Origin: Balanoglossus misakiensis
Taxonomy: Eukaryota; Animalia; Hemichordata
Length of the DNA: 64,000 nucleotides
Direction of reading: 5' to 3'
NCBI GenBank assembly: GCA_040954595.2
Contig: CM082594.2
Coordinates: 8,253,573-8,317,572, forward strand
Of the stretch, positions 24,683 to 37,700 are shown in pieces. The notes under the pieces were generated by a model. The model saw only the letters and a list, made by a program, of their open reading frames with translations. It ran no database searches and had not been told where the DNA came from. The translations under genes were made by a program, and so were the position numbers. Each line of letters starts with the position of its first letter. The first letter of the stretch is position 1.

Positions 24683-24906
24683 TTTGACACTGTCTGAGGA
24701 GGATACAAACGTCCGTGTTTTCAGTGGCTTGGATTGAATCTTCAACAAGGCTCTCGAGTGACACGTGATTTAGGCGCTGTGACTGATATACATGACAATA
24801 AGGAATGGTTAGCGCCCCCAGTTTCAAAAGACTGATTGTTTTGGGTTGCAAATTGCAGTGACGTATTCCAAAGGAAATAAACATTCAAAGTGGGTGGTGT
24901 ATGGGT

Positions 24907-24907
24907 T

Positions 24908-24970
<63 letters not shown>

Positions 24971-25006
24971 GGATGGATGGATGGATGATAGATAGATACA
25001 TAGATA
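24907..25006. repeat. (GATA)n/(GATG)n microsatellite upstream of the DNase gene
   Basis: About 15 GATA units, then GGAT units and more GATA. Confidence 0.95.
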
Positions 25007-25252
25007 GGGGGCCGTGATAACCTCAATAGACCAGGAAGTTTCCGAATAATTACGTTTGGGGAAAGCGTCACGGCTTATTTGCATAACAATATACATGATC
25101 GTTATGTTAATTAATTTCTATTGTCTTTTCAAAATAAAAGAGCTGTGCTTTAATTGCTCTGGGGAGAACACTGCCAATATGAAACACTTCGTTTTGGACT
25201 CACCTGCGCTAATAACATTGTGGGCAAGGCTGGTGATAACTGAAGATCTGCT

Positions 25253-27358
25253 CAGGGGTTTTGAGTGGTTTCCACTAGAAATTTCCGTCTGTGGGCCAAA
25301 ACTCTGGCACCTATCGCCGTTTCCGGCCACACCTCATTCATACAGGACGAAGAACCGCCCCAAAACGTCCTACAACTTGTACAACGGCCCATTTTTGAAC
25401 TTTAAGCGAGGAAACAAACATATAGCTGCCGCCATATTGGAATAACAAAGCGTGCGCAAAGGACTGTGGGATCGGCGAAATTGATTTGACAACACATAAT
25501 ATACCGGTCTCCAATAATTTGCCTAACTGTTAACCACTGGGCATGTGGACGGCTGTTTATAGTGGCTAGTCAATTTTGACTAACACATTGCATGGGGTGA
25601 TATTATTTTAACAGGCGATATGATTCTGCCTAACCTGTTGACCATTGGGCATGCATGACTGTTTATGGTGGCTAGACATTTTTGCCTAACACATTGCATG
25701 GGGTGACATTAATTTTAACAGGCGATATGATTCTGCCTAACCTGTTGACCATTGGGCATGCATGACTGTTTATGGTGGCTAGACATTTTTGCCTAACACA
25801 TTGCATGGGGTGATATTAATTTTAACAGGCGATATGACTCTGCCTAACTGTTGACCATTGGGCATACATGACTGTTTATGGTGGCTAGACATTTTTGCCT
25901 AACACATTGCAAGGGGTGATAATAATTTTAACAGGTGATATGACTCTGCCTAACTGTTGACCATTGGGCATGGATAGCTGTTTATGGTGGCTAGATGTTA
26001 TTGCCTCACTCAGTGCATTGAGTGATACTCATTACTGTGAGTGATATTAATATTAAAATTCAGATAACCTTGATGAAATTTTTCATCATTTTGGACAATT
26101 TTCATGGGTTATAGCTCGCTCATGAAAACTGTCAAAAGATGACGGATTCCCGACTTTACAAAATCTCCAAAATTGGCAAAGTCGGGAATTTGTTATCTTA
26201 TGACACTTTTCGTGATCTATAACCCATGAAAAATGACCAAAAATGACAAAATCACCAAAGTTCGCAAATTCAGAAATTTGTCAGATTTTGACACTTTTCA
26301 TGATCCAAATGTCCAAAAATGACAAAATCTCCAAAATTAAACAGAAATAGTGCAATATGTTGTGGATTGCTTTTTAAAGTATTAAAAAAAAATGTGTTAT
26401 CAATTTAATTGAGAAAAGTCTTTGGCAACATTTTAGGAAACATTCAAAACTGTAAAGGTAAATGGGGTAAAAGTTGAAGAGCACTGAGTTTATTGGCAAC
26501 AAACGTCTGGCCACCATAAACACCCATCCATGCCCAATGGTCAACAGCTAGGCAAAATCATATCACCTGTTAAAATTATTATCACCCCATGCCTTGTGTT
26601 AGGCAAAAATGTCTAGCCACCATAAACAGTCATGTATGCCCAATGGTCAACAGTTAGGCAGAGTCATATCACCTGTTAAAATTAATATCACCCCTTGCAA
26701 TGTGTTAGGCAAAAATGTCTAGCCACCATAAACAGTCATGCATGCCCAATGGTCAACAGGTTAGGCAGAATCATATCGCCTGTTAAAATTAATATCACCC
26801 CATGCAATGTGTTAGGCAAAAATGTCTAGCCACCATAAACAGCTATCCATGCCCAATGGTCAACAGGTTAGGCAGAATCATATCGCCTGTTAAAATTAAT
26901 ATCACCCCATGCAATGTGTTAGGCAAAAATGTCTAGCCACCATAAACAGTCATGCATGCCCAATAGTCAACAGGTTAGGCAGAATCATATCGCCTGTTAA
27001 AATAATATCACCCCATGCAATGTGTTAGTCAAAATTGTCTAGTCACTGCACTATAAACAGCCATCCACATGCCCAGTGGTTAACAGTTAGGCAAATTATT
27101 GGAGACCGTTATTATGTGTTGTCAAATCAATTTCGCCGATCCCACAGTCCTTTGCGCACGCTTTGTTATTCCAATATGGCGGCAGCTGTATGTTTGTTTC
27201 CTCGCTTAAAGTTCAAAAATGGGCCGTTGTACAAGTTGTAAGACGTTTTGGGGCGGTTCTTCGTCCCGTATGAATGATGTGTGGCCGGAAACGGCAATAG
27301 GTGCACGAGTTTTGGCCCACAGACGGGAATTTCTAGTCGAAACCACTCAAAACCACTG
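25253..27358. mobile_element. Non-autonomous foldback-like element: ~260-bp outer inverted arms plus inverted arrays of a 107-bp tandem unit around a ~450-bp spacer
   Basis: Left end CAGGGGTTTTGAGTGGTTTCCACTAGAA matches the reverse complement of the right end TTCTAGTCGAAACCACTCAAAACCACTG. The 107-bp unit (e.g. 25621 to 25728) occurs about 5 times at ~25515-26035 and 5-6 times inverted at ~26480-27095. No transposase ORF and no clear target-site duplication. Confidence 0.85.
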
Positions 27359-27789
27359 CGCATTCGCCAACTTACTTTTTGTGGCTCTGCGTGGTAGGGC
27401 TGTGTGTCTTACGGCGATGCCTCCACACTGACAAAACCACGTCGTCAGCCTGTCTTGTCTTTCGAAACTTCTTTGCCTGCGCTGCGTTCTGTATTTCCTG
27501 ACATGGTACGCCCTCGGGCGGCGAACCCATCATATGTTGATATAAACGTTTGTGACCTGGATTCAGAGGTCAAGTTTCACAGACATGTGGCTGTTAACAT
27601 AGCTATGCTGTGGTTTCGACTCTAATTGGTCACTTAGGAATCTTGGTTAGACAACTTTTGAAGCATAGTGGTTTTCTGTTTTGACATAAAGTGTTAGTTC
27701 ACTGATAATTGAGGCCCTTCATTGGAATTTGTGTCTATCGTGTCTATATACACAGGAAAATAACTGACCACCCAGAACAGTTCATCATT

Positions 27790-30700
27790 CTTTGATATAA
27801 AATATTTATTGTCTATTCCCCACATTATGAACTTTTACAGTATTGTTAACAACTTTCTTTAGTTACATTTTGGCATTTTTTTAAAATACAAAACTACACT
27901 AGATTCTCACTGAACTCCTTTATATTACAATAGAATACTAGTACACATACACACACACATATATATCCACCCTATATATATACACATACACACATGCGCA
28001 CACATGTACTCACATACAGACAGACAGAAGCCCACTCACAAGCCCACACAAACTCACACACAGTGTTACTGTGTACACATTTTGTTAAAGAATGAATAAA
28101 TACAAATGATCAGAAGACACTCACTACAGCCATTCACGAACCATGATAACACTCCTGTCATCTGAGCTCAACTCAAGCTAGAAAACTTTGGCTGCAACCA
28201 ATGTGTAGTCTTGTTTCACACATTTCTACCATTGAGAGCATAAAGTAAAAATACCTCACAACCAGGGCTATGAAAGAGTGATTTCCTCATCATTGCATGA
28301 TTCGCTAAATCTGATTGGCAGATGAAGACTATGAACAGCAAGGGCCAAAAAATGGCCACCAATCAACAAGGAATTCTTTAAGCTTGCCATTTCCATGTGC
28401 CTTTTTTATCTGTTTACTTCAAAAACTAGAGAATCTTACACTATTTACAAGAGTACAGTAAAAACACGACCAGGATACTATAAATATACAGAGCTTGCAT
28501 CAGTGATAAAATCTAAGCATTCTTGAAAAACATCTGACTTTGTGATGTAACATTGTTGCTAAAATCATTTAAAATAAGTGACAAAATCAAGATAAATACT
28601 GATTGACAAAGTAGTGACTAATTATCCTGTCTTCCTGACAAGCTCTGTCTTGTCTATACAGAGAAACACTTGAGCTGAGATAACAGGAGGTTGGCATGGC
28701 AACAAACTTTCTTTTTTCCCTCTCCCTCCACACATACTAAATATATACTGTACAAATGTTCAAAAACGAACTATCGTTGGTTAAAAAACAATGCCTAGGA
28801 TTAAATAAACAAAGTCCTGAAAATAAACACAACTCTTATTTACATACAATGGGTTTATATTATTTTAGTATTCTAACAGGCAGTTTCCATTCCATTGTTT
28901 GTCCATAGAATAGATAAAACCTAGCTTTTGAGAGGACCCCGGTACAGACATTAATACCACACGCAAAAATCTACCATAGAAATATGTGTATTCCTATGAA
29001 CACATCTCCATCTGTGTGTATTTGTTTGTTTGAACCGCTGTCCCACGACTTCTTCAGGGTCTCGTGTCCACAAAATAGTGCAGTTGTCTGCATGCTACTT
29101 TTTAAATAAATTCTGGAGTAGGTCTACTCTCTCATGGAGGCAAGCAACAACTGGAGAGAACTAAGAATCTCTGTCTACAACTTCAATTAACGGCCACTTT
29201 CGAGCTAAGAGGGAGTTAGTTGAGATAAAAGGGTAAGGAATTAATCCAATTAGAGAAAACTAGATTTTCGCACCAAATATACCATGCCATTCATTAAGCT
29301 GCAAAAAAGGAATTACATCTAAACTGCACTTAGCAGTTAAATTCATCAGAGCCTGTCTGAAAAAAACGACCATCACCACTTATTTTGTGCGTAGAATGAC
29401 AGTTGGGGGAAAAGCAACCATGAAATAGAAGAATATGCGAAAGAATACAAAACAAAAGCATCATGGAATAATACATCATATAAAATGTGTAATCTTACGT
29501 AAATGGGTATTTCCATCAGATAAATAACTATGACCACAGGAAATTATTATTACTTTCTTTGAATGGCTAGTCAAAGACAGATATCAGGTAATACAATATA
29601 ATACTCCCTCCGTAGCTGTTAACTTTACACTCACAACTGATTGCTAGATACATGAAGTACACATCAAAGATGTGATAAAATGAAAAACAAAAATCTCGGG
29701 GAAGTTATACCACATGACACTTTATGATACATAACTTTGATCCTGTGTGTAAATTGTCAACAATTGTTTTGCTTCACAGCATGCATTCATCATGAGGGGT
29801 ATACATCAAAGTAGACTGTAGCAGCTAAACATATAGATATCAGATTATACCACATGAAAGAGGGGCATCTAGTCAGGACGGACAAAACCCAAACTTTCCT
29901 GGGTGTCCTGTCTGGCTTGTTGGTTAAAGTTATACATGCACTTCACAGCTTTGTTACTGTGTTAGTTTTCACGATACATATTGACACAAACTCCACAAAC
30001 TCTATTCAGCTCCAATGATCAATCAGTGGTTGCCATCGTACATATTTGTATTTACATTAATTATGTAAATGTTCAGGAGGGCTGACCATTCGTTAAAGAC
30101 TATTTTTTTACAGATGTCTCAGTTGTATATTTTTGTACATATTAAAGGGGTATGTGTTAAAGATCTATTGTTTATATCTATAGAAATGCCCAGGTCAACA
30201 AATAAGGGCCTTTAAGAAAGAGGTCACTAACGAAACAGTGAAGTACACTTATCAGTTCTATAGACAATACATTTTTATGAAGTACATAAATGAGATACAT
30301 ATATGTATACAAAATACAACACACATAAACATGATAAAATACACACATGACTGGCCTTGGGACCCTTCAGAAAATACAGAACTAGACAACTGTATTCTAT
30401 GTAGTATGATCCACAGGAATGGGTCATAAAAATAACACTTTATGATTCTCAGCCAGAACAATGAGGTCATAAAGAAAACCCACATTATTTTAAACATACC
30501 CAGAATTTGATATTCAATATGGCCACCAACCCAGGTGTGCCAATCACGTACTTCGTACCAGGGAAATTAAAGTGGTTGGCTTCCTTGAAGGGATGTCTCC
30601 TCAGTGCTTATTGGTCGAGCGGTTAATATTTTCATATAGGGGTGTGAATGGGTGTGAAGTTCAAATACCCAATCCTATGCTATTAAGATGGAACAAAAAT

Positions 30701-31745
30701 GGCAAATTCAAAATACAATAGAAAAAATACAACACAAACAGAAATAAAAAATATAAAACATCAATTGCAAGTGGCTGGAGACACGAACAGTACACAGACT
30801 CCCAGCCGGGATTTATTACACTCCATGAGTTACTTCAATGTTTGAAATATATACCCCTGAGATATATACCTCTATATATCAAAAGAACAGAAACGTGTAA
30901 ATGACTAAAACCAACATACACAACACAAACACAGGTATGCAAATTATCAAAACATTAACCCAATGACAGATAGTTCGTGGAGAGAGTGACACACAGGGGC
31001 ACAGTATGTTAGTGCATAGACCTCTCTGTCTATTGTTAGTGTTGGGTATGATCAGATACAGCAGGTATCCTTTATGCAGAAGAAGTATTTTTTCACTGGT
31101 CATACAGGCGATTGAAAATTGAACTAAGAATGATATTTTACCGATAGATTTTTTTCCAGACGTTTTTATCATCATATCTGATGCAATCAGTTGTCAGTAT
31201 AACTGTTTCCATCCATTCCTGAAACCATGCCCCAGGTACATAAATTTTATTCTAGGTGGCCGTTAAATGGAGCCAATGTTAGTGAATTTTCCTACTTTTA
31301 TACAAGGTAAAGCTACCTTTGATTAATACGAGTGAGCTTCGTAACATTTTAGAATAAGGAGCTGCCACAGTAAATAAAGATGAGAGTCATCAATTTCTAA
31401 AAAACAGAAGGAATAATTTAATAAAATGATGTACGAATTAATTAATAAATAATGTTTGAATTATTATTGACATATAAGTGATAGATTGAAATGTGAAAAA
31501 GTTGCCGACAGAAGCATATTGGATCTGGAGTCTACAGGGCCCTATGGAAAGAACAAGACATTTTGAATCTGCCTACTACAACGGCCAAAATGCAAATTTT
31601 ATGAAGTTGCAAATATTCTGTGAGAGTAAACTCTCACAATCTCTTGAAGGTGCAACAGTCTGCCTCCCTACAGCCAGGATTGACAGTCTGCACACATTTC
31701 GCACATGGGACGATCATTCGCCCCACGACGCGTGTCCGAAGCTAG
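27790..31745 (-). other. Probable long (~3.9 kb) 3' UTR of SNRK
   Basis: ORF-poor, U-rich on the minus strand, follows the SNRK stop; AATAAA (-) at 27805-27810. Confidence 0.5.
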
Positions 31746-34700
31746 TCAGATAAGTCTGCAGCAGTTACTCTGGTTGACCCTCGGTGCTTGCCCGCCGTTG
31801 TGTAAACTGCACTGGCTGCTGTGCAGGTTGGTCTTTCTCACCTCGACCTTCAGAGCCTCCTCAGGGACCTTGGTGTTGCTGTTGATCTCTCTGCTGAGCC
31901 GGCTGCACATGCACGTGCAGCCGATTTTACTCTTTTCAGACCGGGCATCATCGTGATTCAACTTCTCCTCGTTGCAGTACTCGTCTTTGGGAAGAATCAG
32001 CATCTTGCTCTCCGAGATGTCGGGGAAATCTTTCTTGGACCAGGAAATTTTCCGGTTTTGGAAATTTTCGCTGGACTGATCGTCAGAATCACTGGGCGTC
32101 GTATTGCTTGGATCAATTACAAATTTACTGGTGCTATAGTTACTACTGTTGGAATTAACACTTAAATTACTAGTCTTCAAACTGTCCCGCAGTTCGTTGC
32201 TCTTCTTTTCTTTGTTGTTACTCCCCGTGTTATTCACTGTGTTGTTTGTTGTGCTCTTGTTCTCACTGCCGCTACTCCCACTTCTGCTACCGTAGTGATT
32301 GACGCTGTGGTTGTTGCTGTCCCCCGGAGGGTGCCCTCCCCCTCCACCTTCTCCCCCCGGCGGACCGTCTCTGCTTCCGCGCCGATGTTTCCGTCGGATG
32401 ATGTCATGGTCGCATTTTCGTCGGTTGTCTGTGTCATCATCGCTGGCGTCTGAGGAGCTGTAGTTGCTCGCTCGAGTGGCGTTCTTTGGTTTGAGCTTCG
32501 GTTGTTTGAACTTCTGTCGCATCATTTCCGGAGAGGATATGTGTCGTGACTGCGTCGACTTGGGCAGCACCTCGGTTCCAAACAACATGTCATCGTCAGA
32601 TTCTCCTAATTGAAACAGGAAACAGGAAATACTCAGATTTCTGAACGGAAATATCGACGGATATCAAGTAGCATTGTTACATTCATTTTGATTTTACCTT
32701 AACATTCATCTGGCACATATTTGCTGACATTATGTTACGTTGCTAATGGTTACATTGCCACTGCACAGTCATGTAACCTTGACTACAGCTGGAGGCATTT
32801 TAACAGCTGCCAGGCTGCCCTCTGGTGGTGAAAATCATTTCACTTTTTGCCTATTCTGTCACAAACACAGCGTTTCATATTTCAGAAAGTTGCACCTCAA
32901 CATCTGTGGAGGGCAGGTTTTTTTCTAAATCTCATAAACATTTCGTTTAGAGGATTCCCTGGTCAGTATTAGTTAATATTTCCCTTGTTTGTTTGTACTT
33001 ACTTTCTTCTTCTTCAGTGATCTGCAGCAAGGGTTGGCTCTTCCTAGAGGTCAACGACCTGGTAATACCCACTGGTAAATGCAACTTAAACTGCGACTGC
33101 TCACTGCCAGAGGACGATCCGTCAGACGAATGACCCTCGCTTTCCTCTTCGATCGCCATCATGTTGTATTTGACGCGGTGTTCTTCTTCCTCCTCCTCAA
33201 CAAAGAATAGAAACTACAGGTTTAGACTGATTTGCCACCTTGCTTGTGGGGGGGATCAGGGACAGTGGGGGCTGTGGGGAGCGAGTGGATTCTGTTGGGG
33301 TGGGGGGAGGGGGGGTTGTGGGTGAGCACATCAACCTGGTTTGAAAGAAGAGATGTGTCTAGGGAATGTTGATGGCTTGGTGGGTTGGGAGGGTGACTGG
33401 GTGGTCTGCCACCAGATGGGTTCATGGTTCAAGTGGGTATACTGCCAGCAGAGTGGTTGTGTACATTCAGTTTGGTGAATGCTACTAGCAGGGTGTAAGG
33501 GTGGGTGTGGGTACTTCTGGCTAAGTGGGAAAGGGAGTGAATAGCCTGTTTGGTGTGGGTGGTAGTGCTAGCAGCTGGGTATGGAGATGGGTGTTACTGC
33601 CACCAGGATTTGTGTTCTAAGTATGATTGGTATAATCAGTAGCAGCAAACAAAAGTTATGCAAACAATCTGTGTTCTATGTTACCCCAAACAAATCAAAA
33701 ACAAAACTAGATGAAACTGAAACCGACAATTAAAGAAACAAAACTAAACCCAAACAAAACCAAACCGAACCAAACCAAACTTATCAAGGCCAAACAACAA
33801 CATGCTTTTATGATCAAACAATACAGAGAACTGTTCATTCCATGTGGTGTTATTTGAAATCAATGCCAAACATGCAAATACATCAGGCAGTCCACATCAA
33901 CATCAGATCAAATAAATCATCATAACTTTATTATGTTAGAACAATTCCAGAAGACTGCATAACAGACAAGTGTGAAAGTTCACATGACAAACCAACCGTA
34001 ACAAGAACCAAACAAACAAACAAACAAATAAATTCTTAGATGTGGAAATATCTACATATCATAAAAACTTTGAATGTTTATTAATTGAAATACCGAAAGC
34101 ATAACACATTCACTTAAATTGTTAAGAGTGCAAAGAAATTTCGATAAAATTAATTAATCAAGGGAATGATTCCGTGCATAAACAGCGCCACCATGAGGTC
34201 AAAGTGGATGTTAAGCTCCCCTACGCCAATGTAAATTGCTCGAGTGTCCACCATATTGAGACTCAACCAGACTTCACAAACAATATTTATCTGTTACTCG
34301 TACATTAACAAATCACAAACTACTCTACTCAAGGAAAACATGACACCACAGAATGTAAACCACCTTTTTATCAAAACACATCTCCAATAAAGTTCAATGT
34401 TAAAAAAATTGGCAAGTATAGTAGCAAAATATTTTCATGTACTCTTTTTGCACACAGCAAGAAATTGGACAACAGCGCAAAGTATTGTTCAAAATCTCTG
34501 TCATAGAATCAGAGGAAAATGACACTTAGCACACAATTTGTAGTAACTTGGGTATTATAGGCTTTCACCAGACTGCGCTTACTTTTTGGGGTGGAAGGTT
34601 GGCAGAGACTCGCTTGATACACTTACCATTAAAACACTAACTCCCTCTTTGACGACACTTCTGCCATGCCGGGGCACGATCGTTAAATGATCTCGGGACA

Positions 34701-37700
34701 TCAGACCCCGTCTGGGACTGCCGCTCAACGGACTGCTACAGAGATCTTCTTGCGATGAGGAGATGGATGAAGGAGGAGTCTGGCTGTAAGAGTGAGGGAC
34801 TGGAATCGATATGGGCATGCTGGCTGGCGGGGAAACCAGATGATGTGTAGTCAGGCTGAATTCCTCTGGGGGACTCTCCACACAATTTGCAATGGATGTC
34901 CTGTGAATCAACACACAGTCAAAGTCATTAGAACACCCAGCCTTACTCCCACTGACCTTCAAACTATGCTTCAACCCATGGATTTTTCAGTAATAATAAG
35001 ACTGACAGAAAATATAAAAGATTAATGATTATGATACACTCATGAGTGAGAATACAGACGCATCAAATCGCAAAGAGAATCACCTTGACACCTAATCAAT
35101 ACAAAAGTGCATGCACATGAAATATCCTTGGATTGGGATGACGTGAAATCAACCTTTAATCGGCACATTGCACTTTTGAACTGCACTGACTGCATTCTCT
35201 CCTCATAATTAATTCAGCAATTAACGATGAACTCAATGACACGCGTCCCGACTGCCAGTCGTTTTCCAATTTGTGTATACCACCCCCGCCTACATGATTT
35301 CCAATCACGTTACAAAGCGGAGCGAGAAAATCATTGCACACACGACTGCAAATTTTATGAGATTGTCAATTATTTCACTACTATTGATTTCTGAGTTCTG
35401 AAAAATCCTGAACGACTCATAAATATTGAATAGCTCGCACTAGTCTGCCTGAAGTACTGCTGGGAATGTTTCATGCAATCCCTGCGGGTCATTGAACAGG
35501 GTTTTTTTCACTCTGCAAAGGTTGTCCTTGAAAATCTCAGCATATCGGTATCTGCGACAAAACTATGTACTTTAATAAAAAAATTATCAGCATGAAAATC
35601 AACACTCTGAATTCACAGCAAACTAATTAGTAGTATACATTACGGAACACGGCCAGAATCATGCGTGTGCACCACATTACATTATATTATGGACGAGTAA
35701 TTTATTGATATGGCCTACAGAGTCCTTCAAACTGATTAGTGGGAGTGAGGATTGCAGATATTCTGAGAAAAACATGTCAAATGTGCCACTATACACATGA
35801 AAAGGCTGACAGGCAGCATGGACTTCATATTCAATTATGCATAAATGTATGTCTGTCAAAATCTTTCTGAACGACCTTTATTCTTGGCAAGAATTCAGAC
35901 ATTCATGCAACCATTTTTACATTTTGGTTGTATTTTACATAGAGTCTATTTCTTTCTTCATAAAATTATCTTGTATGAATTTTTCTTGATTAGGAAATAA
36001 AGTACACCATAGTATTCCTTACCTGGGTGACAGTGCCAGGGGCTCAAGCATAGTCCTATTTCCGATGCTAAATGAAGCTGATTGAGAACTCATCCTCTCA
36101 ATGTGGTGACGTCTCAATCGTCTCTCCGCTAGGAGGTAGTACGTTGCAGCAATGTGATCGTAGCCATCATTCTTCAGTGATCTATGCCGAGAAAAAGAAG
36201 ATCCTACCGTATTAATTTCCGAGATATAAAATAAATCACAGATTACATGTAAGACTGGTTTAACCTACATAAGACACTCTAATTCCAGACCTGACCCAGA
36301 ATATGATCTAGTATCATCAGGATAAATAGAACACATACATCTCAGTTTTAATCATATATGCACATATTAATTCATATTCTTCTCTGAAATTAACATGCAC
36401 ATGTGTACCAAAAAAGTTTGAAACTGACAAACACTTATATATCCATAGGGATATATACATGATACCATTCATGAGTTACAAACACATCTACCTGTACAGA
36501 GTGAAACTTGATCGAGGTCTGAACTTAAATTGACCCATGTAATCAACCTTCACCATTCCTGTACACTGTATATGTCAAAAGGTATCGTCATTACAATTTC
36601 ATTAACTGCAAGCTGAAACCCGAGATGACTCACCTGAGTATGGTCTCCTTGTCTGCTATTTTGCCTTTCACCATCTTATCAATGACTATTTCGTGATCAT
36701 TGTGGGAGATATCCTCCCTCCGTATCAGTGGCACATTTTCAATGGGGAGAACGTCGCCTACTTTGATCCAGGGGTCATTCTCGATCTCGTCTAACGTGGC
36801 TCTGTGATTTGGTTCTCGTATAAGCATCCGTCTGATAAGACTGAAACGAAACGATCCAAAACAAATATAGACACGTCTCCACAATATAGATAGGCCCTCA
36901 CTAACACAGGTTTGACTATATAATAATATTCCTCGAAGTTGCCACAGTAATGAGCACCACATGAATTAAACAAGGACAACTCCACAGCATGTGCCCACTT
37001 ACTTTTTACAATTTTCCGATAAATATTCCGGGAGGTTATATTTACAATCCATGATCATGGTAAGCGTTTCGCTGTCGTTGGCTTCATTAAACGGAGGACA
37101 GCCCGTCACCAACATGAACAAAAGCACACCCAGACTCCATATGTCTGTAAAAGAGAAAAAAAAATACAAAATTTGGTCAATGTGACGTCAGAACCAACAG
37201 TAACAAGCTGTGTATGTAAGTAAGTATTGAGCTTGTTTGAGTTTTTGTCGTCATCACACACATACATGTAGATCCGATCTTATCACTGAAACAGTGTATT
37301 GACCTAGGAGAAAAGTACTGAGCCCTGTACAGGTTTACTTGTTTGCCCTAGTTTCTCCATAAAAGAGGTCCTGCAGGACCACAGCTGTCTGCTGAAAAAC
37401 AACTGCTTTCGACCAAAGTACATCAGTGGAAAGGTCACTGCAAATCAGTCCCAGATACCATAGAGAACAACATGAGGTGATGCTAATAATGTATATTTTA
37501 CATTTATTTCTTTGTAACAAGTTTGTTCTGAATGATTTGCTGATATGAGAGTTACGCTGCATCAATTCCTTGCTACAGAGTCAGTGTCAACAACCTACAT
37601 GTTTGGCATATGATTTGTCCCACCCACAATAACCCAAACTGGAGGCCTTAAATCATGTTTGTTTACATCAACCAACCAGGATAAAGTCTAAATATAGCCA

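Noticed and set aside
24742-25096. ORFs with SIYL repeats
   Set aside because: Translation of the GATA microsatellite.
25515-27095. Regular repeats that could be mistaken for a CRISPR array
   Set aside because: Contiguous 107-bp tandem units with no unique spacers, in a eukaryotic locus with no cas genes.
25056-27431. ORF pairs with near-identical peptides on opposite strands (e.g. NRPKTSYNLYNGPFLNFKRGNKH)
   Set aside because: Produced by the inverted arms of the foldback element; no transposase motifs. The same applies to 39958-40266 versus 40386-40574.
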